Part shown: piece by piece, positions 53,901 to 62,254 of the stretch
How positions within the stretch are numbered: the stretch's first letter is position 1
Layout of the letters: the number at the start of each line of letters is the position of its first letter
Source: a virus
Taxonomy: Duplodnaviria > Caudoviricetes
Direction: 5' to 3' (one strand)
Virus record (IMG/VR): IMGVR_UViG_3300021255_004000
Location: 96,001 to 160,000 of that record
DNA: 64,000 bases
The notes under the pieces: generated by a model
Database searches by the model: none
Seen by the model: the letters and a program-made list of their open reading frames with translations, nothing else
Told to the model about the DNA's origin: nothing
Program-made: the position numbers and the translations under genes

Positions 53901-56511
53901 CGTGGAAGCCATTATGCATAACATAGCGTTTGAAATCTGCATAACACCATTCATAGTGCCAAGCCCAAGTGCAAGGTACATATCTGTGCAATACACATTT
54001 CCAACCCCAGTTCCATTGCCAAGAGAAATAGAAACTGTAATATCTTTCCCAAGCATCATAATATGCCCAGTTGTCCCAAAGTGACCACCACCACCAACGA
54101 TTGCTGAACAATGTTGATTCACGCCATTCCCACCAATAGTTGCCGTAACGATTAAGCAACTCTCCATTGTGAGCACGCTGATCCCAAGCAACATCGTAGC
54201 CCCACCAACGCCAGCCGAACCAACCCCACCAGCCTGACCACCAAGGAGCTCTTCTGTGAAGATGTCCTTCAATGATAGTATCGTGACGGCGTCTGATGTA
54301 TGCAGTTTGAATTGAGTATGAGTGAACACCCTGCTTTAAGCGAGAGAAACCTGCTGACCAAGACTGTTCAAATGACTGCTTTTCAGCGTTTGCAACAGCG
54401 CCAACATTTGAACACCACTTTTCATTTCCTTTGTAATAATAATCATCTTGCCAGTTTGGAAGTGATGGCCAAGTAATTCCCGCCCAAGAGTCGTGACTGA
54501 AGCTTTCAGGACATTTATCAATACGAGGAACATTTCTTAAGTAAACAGAGTTCTCTTCATAGTAAGACTGATATGACTCAGGTGAACGATAGTATCCGTG
54601 AGGTCCACCATATAATGTTGGGTTGTACTGAGGAACACCTACGCCACTTGAGTTTTCTGTAAATGCTTTTTCTGTTCCAAGAATGTAACCATCTTTATCT
54701 CTTAAAGGAGCTTGCTGACCTGTAGCAGCCTGTTCTGTGATACCAAGTGAGTCCTGCATTGTACCATAAGTATTGCCGCTTCCGCTTTTCAAACGGCTTT
54801 CTGCTTGTTTCATTGAAGCATCTTTTTTACTGTCCTTTGTGTTGAACATATTCAAGAATGTTAATGCACCTTTGAATACGCTTCCTGGACAGTATGAGTT
54901 TCCACCTGAACCTTCACTCCAAGAGTAAGAATAATCGTCATCATTTGTAACATTGCTGTTACCTGAACCGTTATCACCGCCGACAACTTCTGAACCGTCA
55001 TAAGGTACACCATCAGCAGCAACACCATAAAGTATCATTTCAACTTGGTCGATTAAGTCTTTCTTTTTGAATAAGCCACAAGATGTTGCCAAGTAAACCA
55101 AGTCAATATCTGTAAAGCCATCGTCATCACCAGTGTAAAGAGCTTTCCAAATCTTTTTATCAAAAGACCAATCAGTGTAACCCGAAAGAGCAGCATTTTC
55201 AAAGTCCTGATACATTAAGCGTGAACTAATACAGTCACGGCGAGGTTTGTATCCTATGTCTTTACCTGCAAGATAGCTGCTTACACCTTCACGACCAAAC
55301 TTGAACCAATTTGGTACATAAACAATTTGGCCATTCTGTTCAATCTTATCAAGCCAACCTGCCATCTTCCAAGGGTCAGGATATGCAGTATGCCAAGATG
55401 AATATGGGTAAGCATTGATATGCCAAGTTTTATGATAATCTGAGTTGAGTTTTGAAATCGCACAGTTTACAACACCATAGGATGCTGCACGCTCATCAGT
55501 AAATCCTGAAGGATTATCTTTGTCCAAACGATGAGTCAACAAAATAAGATTTGGCATTGTACCATTAAAGTCAGAGATAAGTCCTTCTTGAAGATATAAT
55601 GAAATATCCCATTCTGTAAGATATGTTGATACAATTCCTGAGCAGCCTTCAAAAAGCCACTGAATCATATTGATGTTGTCATTGATTGCTTTGAAGCCTG
55701 GAGCACGATATGTAAATGAAGCACGAGCAGCCTTAAATGTATTCAAATCAAAAGTATCATAGTACTTGTCATTGTCATTTGTTGCTGAAGCATTTTTAAC
55801 AAGACGAGTATCATCTGCTTCTGTTTGAGTAACTTCTTCACCTGCTTCAATCAATTTTTCATTAAGTTCATCGAGTTCTTTCTGACGCTTCGCTTTTGCC
55901 TGTGAAAGGTAGTCTCCCATAGACAACATTTGTGTTTGCCCATCATCACTAAGGTAAGCGCCTTTCCAAGATGTTGCTTTAACACTGTTTGGTTTGAAAG
56001 GTGGGAACCAAAGAACTGAGTAGTATTCTTCAGTATCAACAAGTCGGTCAACTCTCCAAACTTTATATTTAAGTACAGTGTTATATAAAGATCTTGTAAG
56101 CAAACGACCTTGTGCATCTGTTTGATTGTTTACTGTACCTGGGAGTGCGCGACCTGTAACTTCTCCCAAACGATATTGAGCATCTCCTTGTGTTGGAGAA
56201 ATATACATATCATAGAAGTTTTGAATTGTCTGTAAAGCAGCTTGTGTATTTATTTGGTCATTGAATATTTTTGCGTCGTCGCCCATTGAGCGAACAGAAT
56301 AACCTTTTTCATCAAGATATGAAACAAGTTCAGATGATCCTTCTGAAGAGTTCTGCAAGTTGAGGAACTCAGAAAGAGTCATTCCTATTCCGCCTGCAGC
56401 ATCATACACATTTTTTACAAGGCCGTTGTAATCTGCCTTTATTTGTGCAAGGTTATCCATTGTGCCCACTTCATAAGGTGAGCCATTGTAAAATTCTTCT
56501 GTATTCATCAA
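50926..56511 (-). CDS. very large putative virion protein with a Trp-rich segment
   Basis: 1861-aa ORF, ACTAATT motif, in structural cluster. Confidence 0.65.
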   Translation of the reverse strand: MMNTEEFYNGSPYEVGTMDNLAQIKADYNGLVKNVYDAAGGIGMTLSEFLNLQNSSEGSSELVSYLDEKGYSVRSMGDDAKIFNDQINTQAALQTIQNFYDMYISPTQGDAQYRLGEVTGRALPGTVNNQTDAQGRLLTRSLYNTVLKYKVWRVDRLVDTEEYYSVLWFPPFKPNSVKATSWKGAYLSDDGQTQMLSMGDYLSQAKAKRQKELDELNEKLIEAGEEVTQTEADDTRLVKNASATNDNDKYYDTFDLNTFKAARASFTYRAPGFKAINDNINMIQWLFEGCSGIVSTYLTEWDISLYLQEGLISDFNGTMPNLILLTHRLDKDNPSGFTDERAASYGVVNCAISKLNSDYHKTWHINAYPYSSWHTAYPDPWKMAGWLDKIEQNGQIVYVPNWFKFGREGVSSYLAGKDIGYKPRRDCISSRLMYQDFENAALSGYTDWSFDKKIWKALYTGDDDGFTDIDLVYLATSCGLFKKKDLIDQVEMILYGVAADGVPYDGSEVVGGDNGSGNSNVTNDDDYSYSWSEGSGGNSYCPGSVFKGALTFLNMFNTKDSKKDASMKQAESRLKSGSGNTYGTMQDSLGITEQAATGQQAPLRDKDGYILGTEKAFTENSSGVGVPQYNPTLYGGPHGYYRSPESYQSYYEENSVYLRNVPRIDKCPESFSHDSWAGITWPSLPNWQDDYYYKGNEKWCSNVGAVANAEKQSFEQSWSAGFSRLKQGVHSYSIQTAYIRRRHDTIIEGHLHRRAPWWSGWWGWFGWRWWGYDVAWDQRAHNGELLNRYGNYWWEWRESTLFSNRWWWWSLWDNWAYYDAWERYYSFYFSWQWNWGWKCVLHRYVPCTWAWHYEWCYADFKRYVMHNGFHDYNWKIAQVQHYNATLDPQSNDKFRNRWAATFSRMFGFSTPLERAYLSASTEDYELFIDDAGMQPGTLFQAYDEKYHEVISSYMTTKEHDVMDYLVDWGRGIGAHNKLMFLTRGPGDAPDCLFRCEVYHNMKPIWYWCEHSKSYSSNKCKHWFEKHCGWKHYLSVRVDTTDRFYAGLYKPTFTNYGSDYGKISRSKAIQDSTVPVNGQLSSDIAKHSFFGSDYGNNCAETRKSPYDLMENLGGRRFPYFNVNKDSDEMHSSFSGIRGKGILGDIPGIDFVADDSPIETFSDKTRITKIDNPLDVAFGQLEFPFWKIASFTQGDVVINGNTYRIPGGYMNYTEGGAPWWWNKMILNMNLRNTFYRGDMSGPKIATFSLKNFAIDVTNLDTGMGKQAIEARGCKVRNNGNEFLITADNIRSYTTYQQWGGDGRLHDYVDKCTLKNAWVGAKYYFTSYDIAPRFMYNLVSTQNGFLSGAKDLTCGHIKDSSGRDTGKYIMSFDYIRDIMVGTNRSAALVSPRSYFLANPEGKFKDKDSDTVYNCEDIYGYNQFLVWARDWFDNDPQTNYNKHRDLENAFNSRISTLASMNSKLEVYKDLDIKTMSYNTMIASWRDMNSFIALKYDEGIEQFFLAYLNVLYESRRYFINKRCNKQDGTLWACRHLEKMIPQMVASAVSSGAGVVPAEFSRTTGKETVAFYEIQNTIEKKTETLQKIVNDESAALDSDMIKTVYVKVKYATEADYIKCQEKLKSGELSPNDETIIKVRPWNYIKKRDGSYKNRDAGDTINTAKGEMWNNAGWAIKYGKEKYIIKPTNGPYGIFSKEVKNEFKTRKKLQNNDTLKLTTHDYDMYMNQVYSDENSLQPFDINWDNLAASETGIVFNLFGGTAADKIRDLTQAGVTDPQAILCGAKQSTDYWRIPVSGKLPKAEGYKSDITLEFCNQTESGLMLTMPAKNPAALSGAAAYAMWPIIEEQTDVIPNSGDFAISLKDFGKN

Positions 56512-56537
56512 AACCTCTAATAAGTAATTAGTAAGAA

Positions 56538-58037
56538 TTACTTAATTCTGATTGGACCTAAGAAGTCAGTCATATCAGTGATAGTTGCATTAACGACAGT
56601 ATCTTTAACTTTAACATCATTAAGAATATCATTTGTTTGTTCAAGAATGCCTTGTGTAGAATCCATAAGGTTATTGATTGCACTCTTAATTCCTTCAGGC
56701 ATAGCAGCTGAAAGAATGTTTTTGAGACCTGCGCCATTTACGCCGTTTTCATCAATGCCATCTTTGCCAAATAATGCAGTGCCCATTGTATCTTTGAATG
56801 TGTCACCAGCTTTCTTCCATTTATCTTTATTACCGTATTCTTTGATTGGATTGTTATACTTGTCGCCTTTATTTGTAAACTTATTGAATGAGTCAACAAG
56901 ACTTTTCTTATTTGCATCATACTGTTTCATACCAAATGAAACAAGGTTTTTTGTCATACTGATTGCAGAGTCAACGCCAGAAAGTGTTTCATTGATTTCA
57001 TCAAGAACCTTTTGAACCTGCTCTGTCTTACAGTCCATATCAAGCAAGTCCCAAATCATTTGAATGATTTCACCAATAACAGAAATAAGCAATGCAGCAA
57101 TTTTCTCTGCAACCATTTGTGCAACCTGAGCAGCTGCAGGTGGATTTATCCAACACTGTGCGGCAAATGCAACCATCTTAACGACAGGAACAACAACTGA
57201 AAGAATTAAGAGAAGTACTTTCTTTAATGTGTTGATAACTTTCAACAAGGCAAGAATCGACTGAAGAATGCCAAGTTCTTTTGCAATACAAGCAGCAGCT
57301 TTAGCAGCTTGTTCATTTGCTGCTTTATTTGCTTTATTCATTTGGTCTTCAACATCTTTATCTGCTTGGTCAGCAGCAGCGCCTGAACCGCCGCCCACTC
57401 CTGCATCATCTTCTTCTTCATCTTCATTACCACTATCAGAGCTGTCACCATCACTTTCAAGTAATGCAGCTTTAAGTTTATTGAACTCAGGATTAGAAGA
57501 TTCAAAGTCTTCAGCAGTTTCATCTTCAGTATCACAACCAGGGTTGAACATTTCAGTTGCAAGTCCAACACCATCAGGAACTTTTGAATATGGGAAAGGA
57601 CCTTGAATTATTACGCTAGGAATCATTCCTGCAATTTCATTCAATAAGAAATTGATTTGGTCATCAAAGTTGCTTTTTGGCAAAAATAAGTTATCACCAA
57701 GATCACCACCCAAAGCAGATTGAGCTTTAAGTTGACTCAATGAAATGTCATTTGATGGAGAAGCTCCGCCGTTGATACCTGATGTTGTTGTCAAGAAGTT
57801 ATCATTATCAACAACTTCAGGTCTTTTGAACTTTGGAAGATTGGCAGCTTCTTTTTGAAGAGCTTTAATTCTTTGCTCAATTATGTCAATAATGGCAGCC
57901 TGCTCATCTTCCCATTCTTCTTCACCGGTTTTTCTGATTTCTCGTTTTGGGTTTAAGTCAGCATCGCCCCATTCATAATCGGAGCCGAGATATTGGTCAT
58001 AAACTTTCTTTAAGAACTCATCGTTATTTTCTGCCAT
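56538..58037 (-). CDS. putative virion protein with hydrophobic helical hairpin
   Basis: Acidic linker followed by long hydrophobic/amphipathic helices; leaderless ACTAATT start. Confidence 0.6.
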   Translation of the reverse strand: MAENNDEFLKKVYDQYLGSDYEWGDADLNPKREIRKTGEEEWEDEQAAIIDIIEQRIKALQKEAANLPKFKRPEVVDNDNFLTTTSGINGGASPSNDISLSQLKAQSALGGDLGDNLFLPKSNFDDQINFLLNEIAGMIPSVIIQGPFPYSKVPDGVGLATEMFNPGCDTEDETAEDFESSNPEFNKLKAALLESDGDSSDSGNEDEEEDDAGVGGGSGAAADQADKDVEDQMNKANKAANEQAAKAAACIAKELGILQSILALLKVINTLKKVLLLILSVVVPVVKMVAFAAQCWINPPAAAQVAQMVAEKIAALLISVIGEIIQMIWDLLDMDCKTEQVQKVLDEINETLSGVDSAISMTKNLVSFGMKQYDANKKSLVDSFNKFTNKGDKYNNPIKEYGNKDKWKKAGDTFKDTMGTALFGKDGIDENGVNGAGLKNILSAAMPEGIKSAINNLMDSTQGILEQTNDILNDVKVKDTVVNATITDMTDFLGPIRIK

Positions 58038-58050
58038 AATCAATTAGTCC

Positions 58051-58863
58051 TTAATCATCAAAGTCGGAATATCTCATCTTCATACAACTTTTCAACAACT
58101 GAAAGATTTGGTCCTGAATCCAATCTTCAGGATATGTAATTCCAATTTCTTTCCAATACTGATGCGTGTCAAATAAGTTTTCATTTGAAAGTTGATTATA
58201 TGCATCACAAAGATTGTTGCGGATAATACCAATGATATGTGTTGTGCGGTCTTTTACATAATGCTGAACATCTTCTTTACATTTACCAATATTGTTACTT
58301 ACAAGCATTTGGTACAATTCAATTTGAAGGTCACGAAGTAATGAATCAACTGCGCTTTCAACAAGATTAGTAAATACACGAGTTTTCGGATTGTTCTTGT
58401 ATGTCTTTACTTCTTCAATAAGATAATATGAATCACCGCCAGCAACATCAGAAAGATTTTCTCTTCCTGTTACTTTGCGAGATTCTTTCTCGATTCCTAA
58501 TGAATCTACAATAGCGTCTTCAAGAATTGAATAAATTAAACGGTTGAAAATTGGACGAAGAGACTGTAAGAATGGAGCAACCAATGAAAATTGTCTTGAT
58601 ATAACATAACGAGTTCTTTCTTCAACTTGACGCTTTGCTTCCATCAATTCTTTTGCATTAACGCCTGTATCACCTTTTACAGATTCTGCTTTTGAAAAGT
58701 CAACTTGAAAGTCACCAAGCTTCAAACTTTTCGCATTTTTGAAAAGCAAATATCCTAATGAAAGAATTAAACAAATTATGCTTATTATTAAAATCACAAA
58801 AAGAACAGGATGCGCACTGAACAAAGTCAGTAATCCTGTTCCTGAAATTACCTCTGCGTCCAT
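58051..58863 (-). CDS. membrane-anchored helical protein
   Basis: N-terminal TM; leaderless ACTAATT start. Confidence 0.7.
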   Translation of the reverse strand: MDAEVISGTGLLTLFSAHPVLFVILIISIICLILSLGYLLFKNAKSLKLGDFQVDFSKAESVKGDTGVNAKELMEAKRQVEERTRYVISRQFSLVAPFLQSLRPIFNRLIYSILEDAIVDSLGIEKESRKVTGRENLSDVAGGDSYYLIEEVKTYKNNPKTRVFTNLVESAVDSLLRDLQIELYQMLVSNNIGKCKEDVQHYVKDRTTHIIGIIRNNLCDAYNQLSNENLFDTHQYWKEIGITYPEDWIQDQIFQLLKSCMKMRYSDFDD

Positions 58864-58873
58864 AACAAATTAG

Positions 58874-59206
58874 TTACAGGCGACTTGCATCAAATACAAT
58901 TTTATGAGCAGTATCTGCGGTTGTTTCAACAACATACATCTTATTGATAGTTTTCTTGTCTTTGTCATCACCAACAAATGCGCCGCGAATGTCTGCGTTG
59001 ATCTTGAATTCTTTATCAAAAACATCAGCAGGATTTGGCTTAATAATATTTGTCTGTTTCTTACCGATTGTTGACTTTGCAACAACTTGAAGGCCAATGC
59101 GTTTTGCGTAGAATGTTTTCTTCTGAAGAGATGAAACCACGAAAAAGTTCACATAATTGCCTGCAGAAGTTTTAACATCTGCAGCGAGAATTGTACCTAC
59201 TTCCAT
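58874..59206 (-). CDS. hypothetical protein
   Basis: Start moved to MEVGT after AAGGAGG. Confidence 0.65.
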   Translation of the reverse strand: MEVGTILAADVKTSAGNYVNFFVVSSLQKKTFYAKRIGLQVVAKSTIGKKQTNIIKPNPADVFDKEFKINADIRGAFVGDDKDKKTINKMYVVETTADTAHKIVFDASRL

Positions 59207-59217
59207 TTCTTTCCTCC

Positions 59218-59709
59218 TTAGTATGATCTGTACTGATAAGAACCTGCAGGACGGCGATGATAGCGGCGAGCGGCCTGAGCTCTGCATTGCTCGCAATATG
59301 CTTCATATTCAGCGCGAGCACGAGGAACATAAACATCGTTGATAACTTTTGCGTGAGCTTTCTGAAGTTCAACAAAAGCATCTTCTGTTTCATTATGGGC
59401 AGCCTCAAGAATTGCCTCAGTGTTGAAACCATTCTTTGCAAGAACTCCTTCAATAACTTCTACCTGACGGTTTGAAAGGTAACCCTTATCCTTGTACTGT
59501 TCAATGATTGAAGGAATGAAGTCGTTTAAGAACTTGTTCTTTGGATTTTTTGCAAGGATTTCGTCCTTTGCAGAAGCAAGAGCTTCAACCATCAAAAGTG
59601 CCTTGAAGCGGTATGGGTTTTCATCACGAGGACAGGCCTCTGAAAAAGCAAAGAGACGAGTTGCGTCCTTAAAAAGTTTGTCCTGAAGTTCTTGTCCAGT
59701 AAGTGCCAT
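59218..59709 (-). CDS. early hypothetical protein
   Basis: First gene under early promoter. Confidence 0.75.
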   Translation of the reverse strand: MALTGQELQDKLFKDATRLFAFSEACPRDENPYRFKALLMVEALASAKDEILAKNPKNKFLNDFIPSIIEQYKDKGYLSNRQVEVIEGVLAKNGFNTEAILEAAHNETEDAFVELQKAHAKVINDVYVPRARAEYEAYCEQCRAQAARRYHRRPAGSYQYRSY

Positions 59710-59740
59710 AAAATGCTCCTTGTTTTCAATTTACAGTAAT

Positions 59741-59769
59741 AATATAAAAGACACTCGTGCAAAGTTCAA
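59741..59769 (-). promoter_or_regulatory. early promoter copy 8
   Basis: TTGAAC-17-TATATT; -35 flanked by GTGCAAA/TTTGCAC inverted repeat. Confidence 0.85.
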
Positions 59770-59786
59770 TTTTTGCACTAAATAAT

Positions 59787-60260
59787 ATGAAAAAGTATCG
59801 AAAAAAAATCATCAGTCCTGATGAAATTGACGAAATGATTGATGAACAAGTAGATGACGCCTGCCGTTTGAAACATCTTGAGCCTGTGTTGACTTGTAGC
59901 GGAAAAATGTATCATCAGCAAGGCCATAAAGGTATGGCACACGGAATGAAGTTTGACTCTTATTGGGAGTTTGCATATTATCTTTATCAAACAGAAAAAG
60001 AAGGAAAAATCGTTGAGAGAAACACTTCTGAAAGTATCGAATACATTGATGACACTGGAAAGATTGCGAAGTTTTACCCAGACTTTATTGTATCTGGGCA
60101 ATATGTTGAAGTCAAAGGATGGCTAAGACCGAAAGACAGATGCAAAATGGACCAATGTTGGCAAGTGCAATTTGTCTTCGGCGATGATATTAAGCCAATG
60201 ATTGCTTGGTTAAATCAGCATCACAAGAATTGGAGAGATGAGTACATTCAGACATTGTAA
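59787..60260 (+). CDS. PD-(D/E)xK endonuclease (TnsA-N/head-completion-like)
   Basis: FDSYWE, FYPDF, YVEVKGW. Confidence 0.8.
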   Translation: MKKYRKKIISPDEIDEMIDEQVDDACRLKHLEPVLTCSGKMYHQQGHKGMAHGMKFDSYWEFAYYLYQTEKEGKIVERNTSESIEYIDDTGKIAKFYPDFIVSGQYVEVKGWLRPKDRCKMDQCWQVQFVFGDDIKPMIAWLNQHHKNWRDEYIQTL

Positions 60261-60933
60261 CAACAAGCGGCTTGTTGTAAGATGGGAAGAACTTGCTCAA
60301 GTCTATACCATAGCCTGAATGCGGTGGGTCAAAGTTGTCATCTTTTGCAATAAACTCAACAGGAATGCCAAAATTTTTCTTTTCAAGAACTCTTGATGTT
60401 TCTTTAATAAGGAAAGAGTCTTTCAAAACATTGTAATCACTTGCAAGTTTATTTAAGATGTCTGAACAAACAACATACCAGTGCTTTTCAATAAAGTAAT
60501 CCCAGTCGCATTTCTTCCAAGTAAACAATTCTGATTTAATTCTTATTTCTTCAAGAATGTCCTGAACATAATCGACTTCTTCTTGGTCAAAGTCATAAGG
60601 TTCTTTGAAGAACAAACACATAATACCGAACATTGAATAGTTCTCAACAGAACCCTGTGCAGTGACATCAATAAATAATGGTTTTGTAACACCTGCTTTT
60701 GCACAGCGAATTAAGTCGTCTTCAAAAGCAATTACTTTTGCATTTTCATCAAGACCATTAAAATAAAAGTTAATGAACCACTTAAACACAGGATTGAACT
60801 GTTCTGGATTTGCAATAAGCCACATTGCGAACTCATCTGTGTTTGAAGCTTGTTCCTGAGCCTCTTCTGGTGTTCGATAATTTTTAAGGAATAAGTTTTT
60901 GTAATAAGGATCAGGTCTTTGACTCAAAGCCAT
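60190..60933 (-). CDS. hypothetical protein
   Basis: GGAGG RBS, 247 aa. Confidence 0.7.
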   Translation of the reverse strand: MALSQRPDPYYKNLFLKNYRTPEEAQEQASNTDEFAMWLIANPEQFNPVFKWFINFYFNGLDENAKVIAFEDDLIRCAKAGVTKPLFIDVTAQGSVENYSMFGIMCLFFKEPYDFDQEEVDYVQDILEEIRIKSELFTWKKCDWDYFIEKHWYVVCSDILNKLASDYNVLKDSFLIKETSRVLEKKNFGIPVEFIAKDDNFDPPHSGYGIDLSKFFPSYNKPLVVTMSECTHLSNSCDADLTKQSLA

Positions 60934-61132
60934 TTATAGCCTCCACTTTATATGCTTTGCCAACTTTGTTATTTACATACAAGTAATTTACAAGTTTTGC
61001 AGCAGTGTCTTTAGTTATGCTTCTTGCACCAGCTTTATCTGTTACCCAAAAGCAAAAGTCGGACTGCTCGACATCATAGCAGGCAAAATAGGAATCTTGT
61101 TTTGTTTCTTTATTATATTTCTTGACTATCAT
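60911..61132 (-). CDS. small hypothetical protein
   Basis: ACTAATT 4 nt before ATG. Confidence 0.6.
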   Translation of the reverse strand: MIVKKYNKETKQDSYFACYDVEQSDFCFWVTDKAGARSITKDTAAKLVNYLYVNNKVGKAYKVEAINGFESKT

Positions 61133-61138
61133 TAACAA

Positions 61139-61396
61139 TTAGTCTTTGTAATACTTTGAAATACGGTCATTGATGTAAGCTTCGATTCCTGCGTGTTCTG
61201 CTTCGTTGATGAATGTTGTAATAAATGCGATTTGACAACCTACATAGAAAATAATTACACTTCTTTCAGAATCTTCTGTATCAGGAAAGATTGCAAGATA
61301 ATCATCTTCATTGTCATCACGCTCGTAATAAACTTCACCAAGGCTTTCAACCATAGTGTCATCGTAATGAAATCCATTTAATTTCAAATCTTTCAT
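61139..61396 (-). CDS. small acidic protein
   Basis: GTTAATAT and GAGG upstream. Confidence 0.65.
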   Translation of the reverse strand: MKDLKLNGFHYDDTMVESLGEVYYERDDNEDDYLAIFPDTEDSERSVIIFYVGCQIAFITTFINEAEHAGIEAYINDRISKYYKD

Positions 61397-61451
61397 ATTT
61401 TGATACCTCGCAATATCTATATTAACTACTAATTGCTAATAAGAGGCAGAA

Positions 61452-62246
61452 ATGTGGAAATTAAGATCGATAAGAAGTTTTTTATTAAGCTTGGTTGTCT
61501 TGTTGTGTTTGGTGTCACCTGTTTTCTCGCAGGATGCTTATTCTTCAGATCTAGAGGAATTTCAGGAACTGGCGAACAGCTTGTCTCAGGAATCGTACTC
61601 GAACGAGATACAGCAGATAAGTTATTGGACGAACTTGGTATTGCAAGACCTGCAGGACAATCCGCAGTTGACGCTGGATACGCAGTCCTTAGAGGAGTAC
61701 AAGAACTTGGCAAGTCAAATGACGCAGCCCGCCTTTGTATCAGCGAAATTGAGCGAGAAGTTGATCTTACTCAACAAAACGCAGAAATTATCAAACAGTC
61801 TTTTGATGGAGTATCTGACGCAATCGACTATGGCTGGAGAATCGCAGAAGAACAAGCTGCAGCATATGAACGAATTGTTGAAACATTACAGCAATTTAAT
61901 AACGATACTGGAGAAGATGACGAAAAGTCAACTGCAGGACCTCGGGATAGTCAATGAACAGCTTGGCTTAATGCAACAAGAAACAGAAAGCTTGAAGATA
62001 CAAATTGAAGCAAACTTAAGATTAGCTACAAAAATGGCTGAAGAGATTGCGAAGTATCAAAATATGAAAAAGAGACTTCGTGCAACAGCTTATGCGGAAT
62101 TGGGAATTGGAATCCCTTGTCTTGTTATTGGATGTTTGCCAATTTGGACTCCTGAACAACAAAACATTAAAAACTTGTTCTTAGGAATTGGCGGAACTGC
62201 AACAGCTGCAGGTGGCTTTACATTTGCATTTACAATTACTTTTTAG
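61452..62246 (+). CDS. exported coiled-coil protein with hydrophobic C-terminus (spanin-like partner A)
   Basis: Signal peptide ..VFS/QD, heptad coiled coil, C-terminal hydrophobic segments ending FTFAFTITF. Confidence 0.7.
   Translation: MWKLRSIRSFLLSLVVLLCLVSPVFSQDAYSSDLEEFQELANSLSQESYSNEIQQISYWTNLVLQDLQDNPQLTLDTQSLEEYKNLASQMTQPAFVSAKLSEKLILLNKTQKLSNSLLMEYLTQSTMAGESQKNKLQHMNELLKHYSNLITILEKMTKSQLQDLGIVNEQLGLMQQETESLKIQIEANLRLATKMAEEIAKYQNMKKRLRATAYAELGIGIPCLVIGCLPIWTPEQQNIKNLFLGIGGTATAAGGFTFAFTITF
61454..61957 (+). CDS. embedded out-of-frame membrane-anchored coiled-coil protein (spanin-like partner B)
   Basis: GTG start overlapping ATG of partner A; N-terminal TM with LAGC; 167 sense codons open inside another gene. 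Confidence 0.6.
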   Translation: MEIKIDKKFFIKLGCLVVFGVTCFLAGCLFFRSRGISGTGEQLVSGIVLERDTADKLLDELGIARPAGQSAVDAGYAVLRGVQELGKSNDAARLCISEIEREVDLTQQNAEIIKQSFDGVSDAIDYGWRIAEEQAAAYERIVETLQQFNNDTGEDDEKSTAGPRDSQ

Positions 62247-62254
62247 GAGATAAA

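Noticed and set aside
53664-54329. 221-aa Gly/Val-rich same-strand overlapping ORF
   Set aside because: A shifted-frame by-product of TGG-rich codons; no RBS or promoter motif
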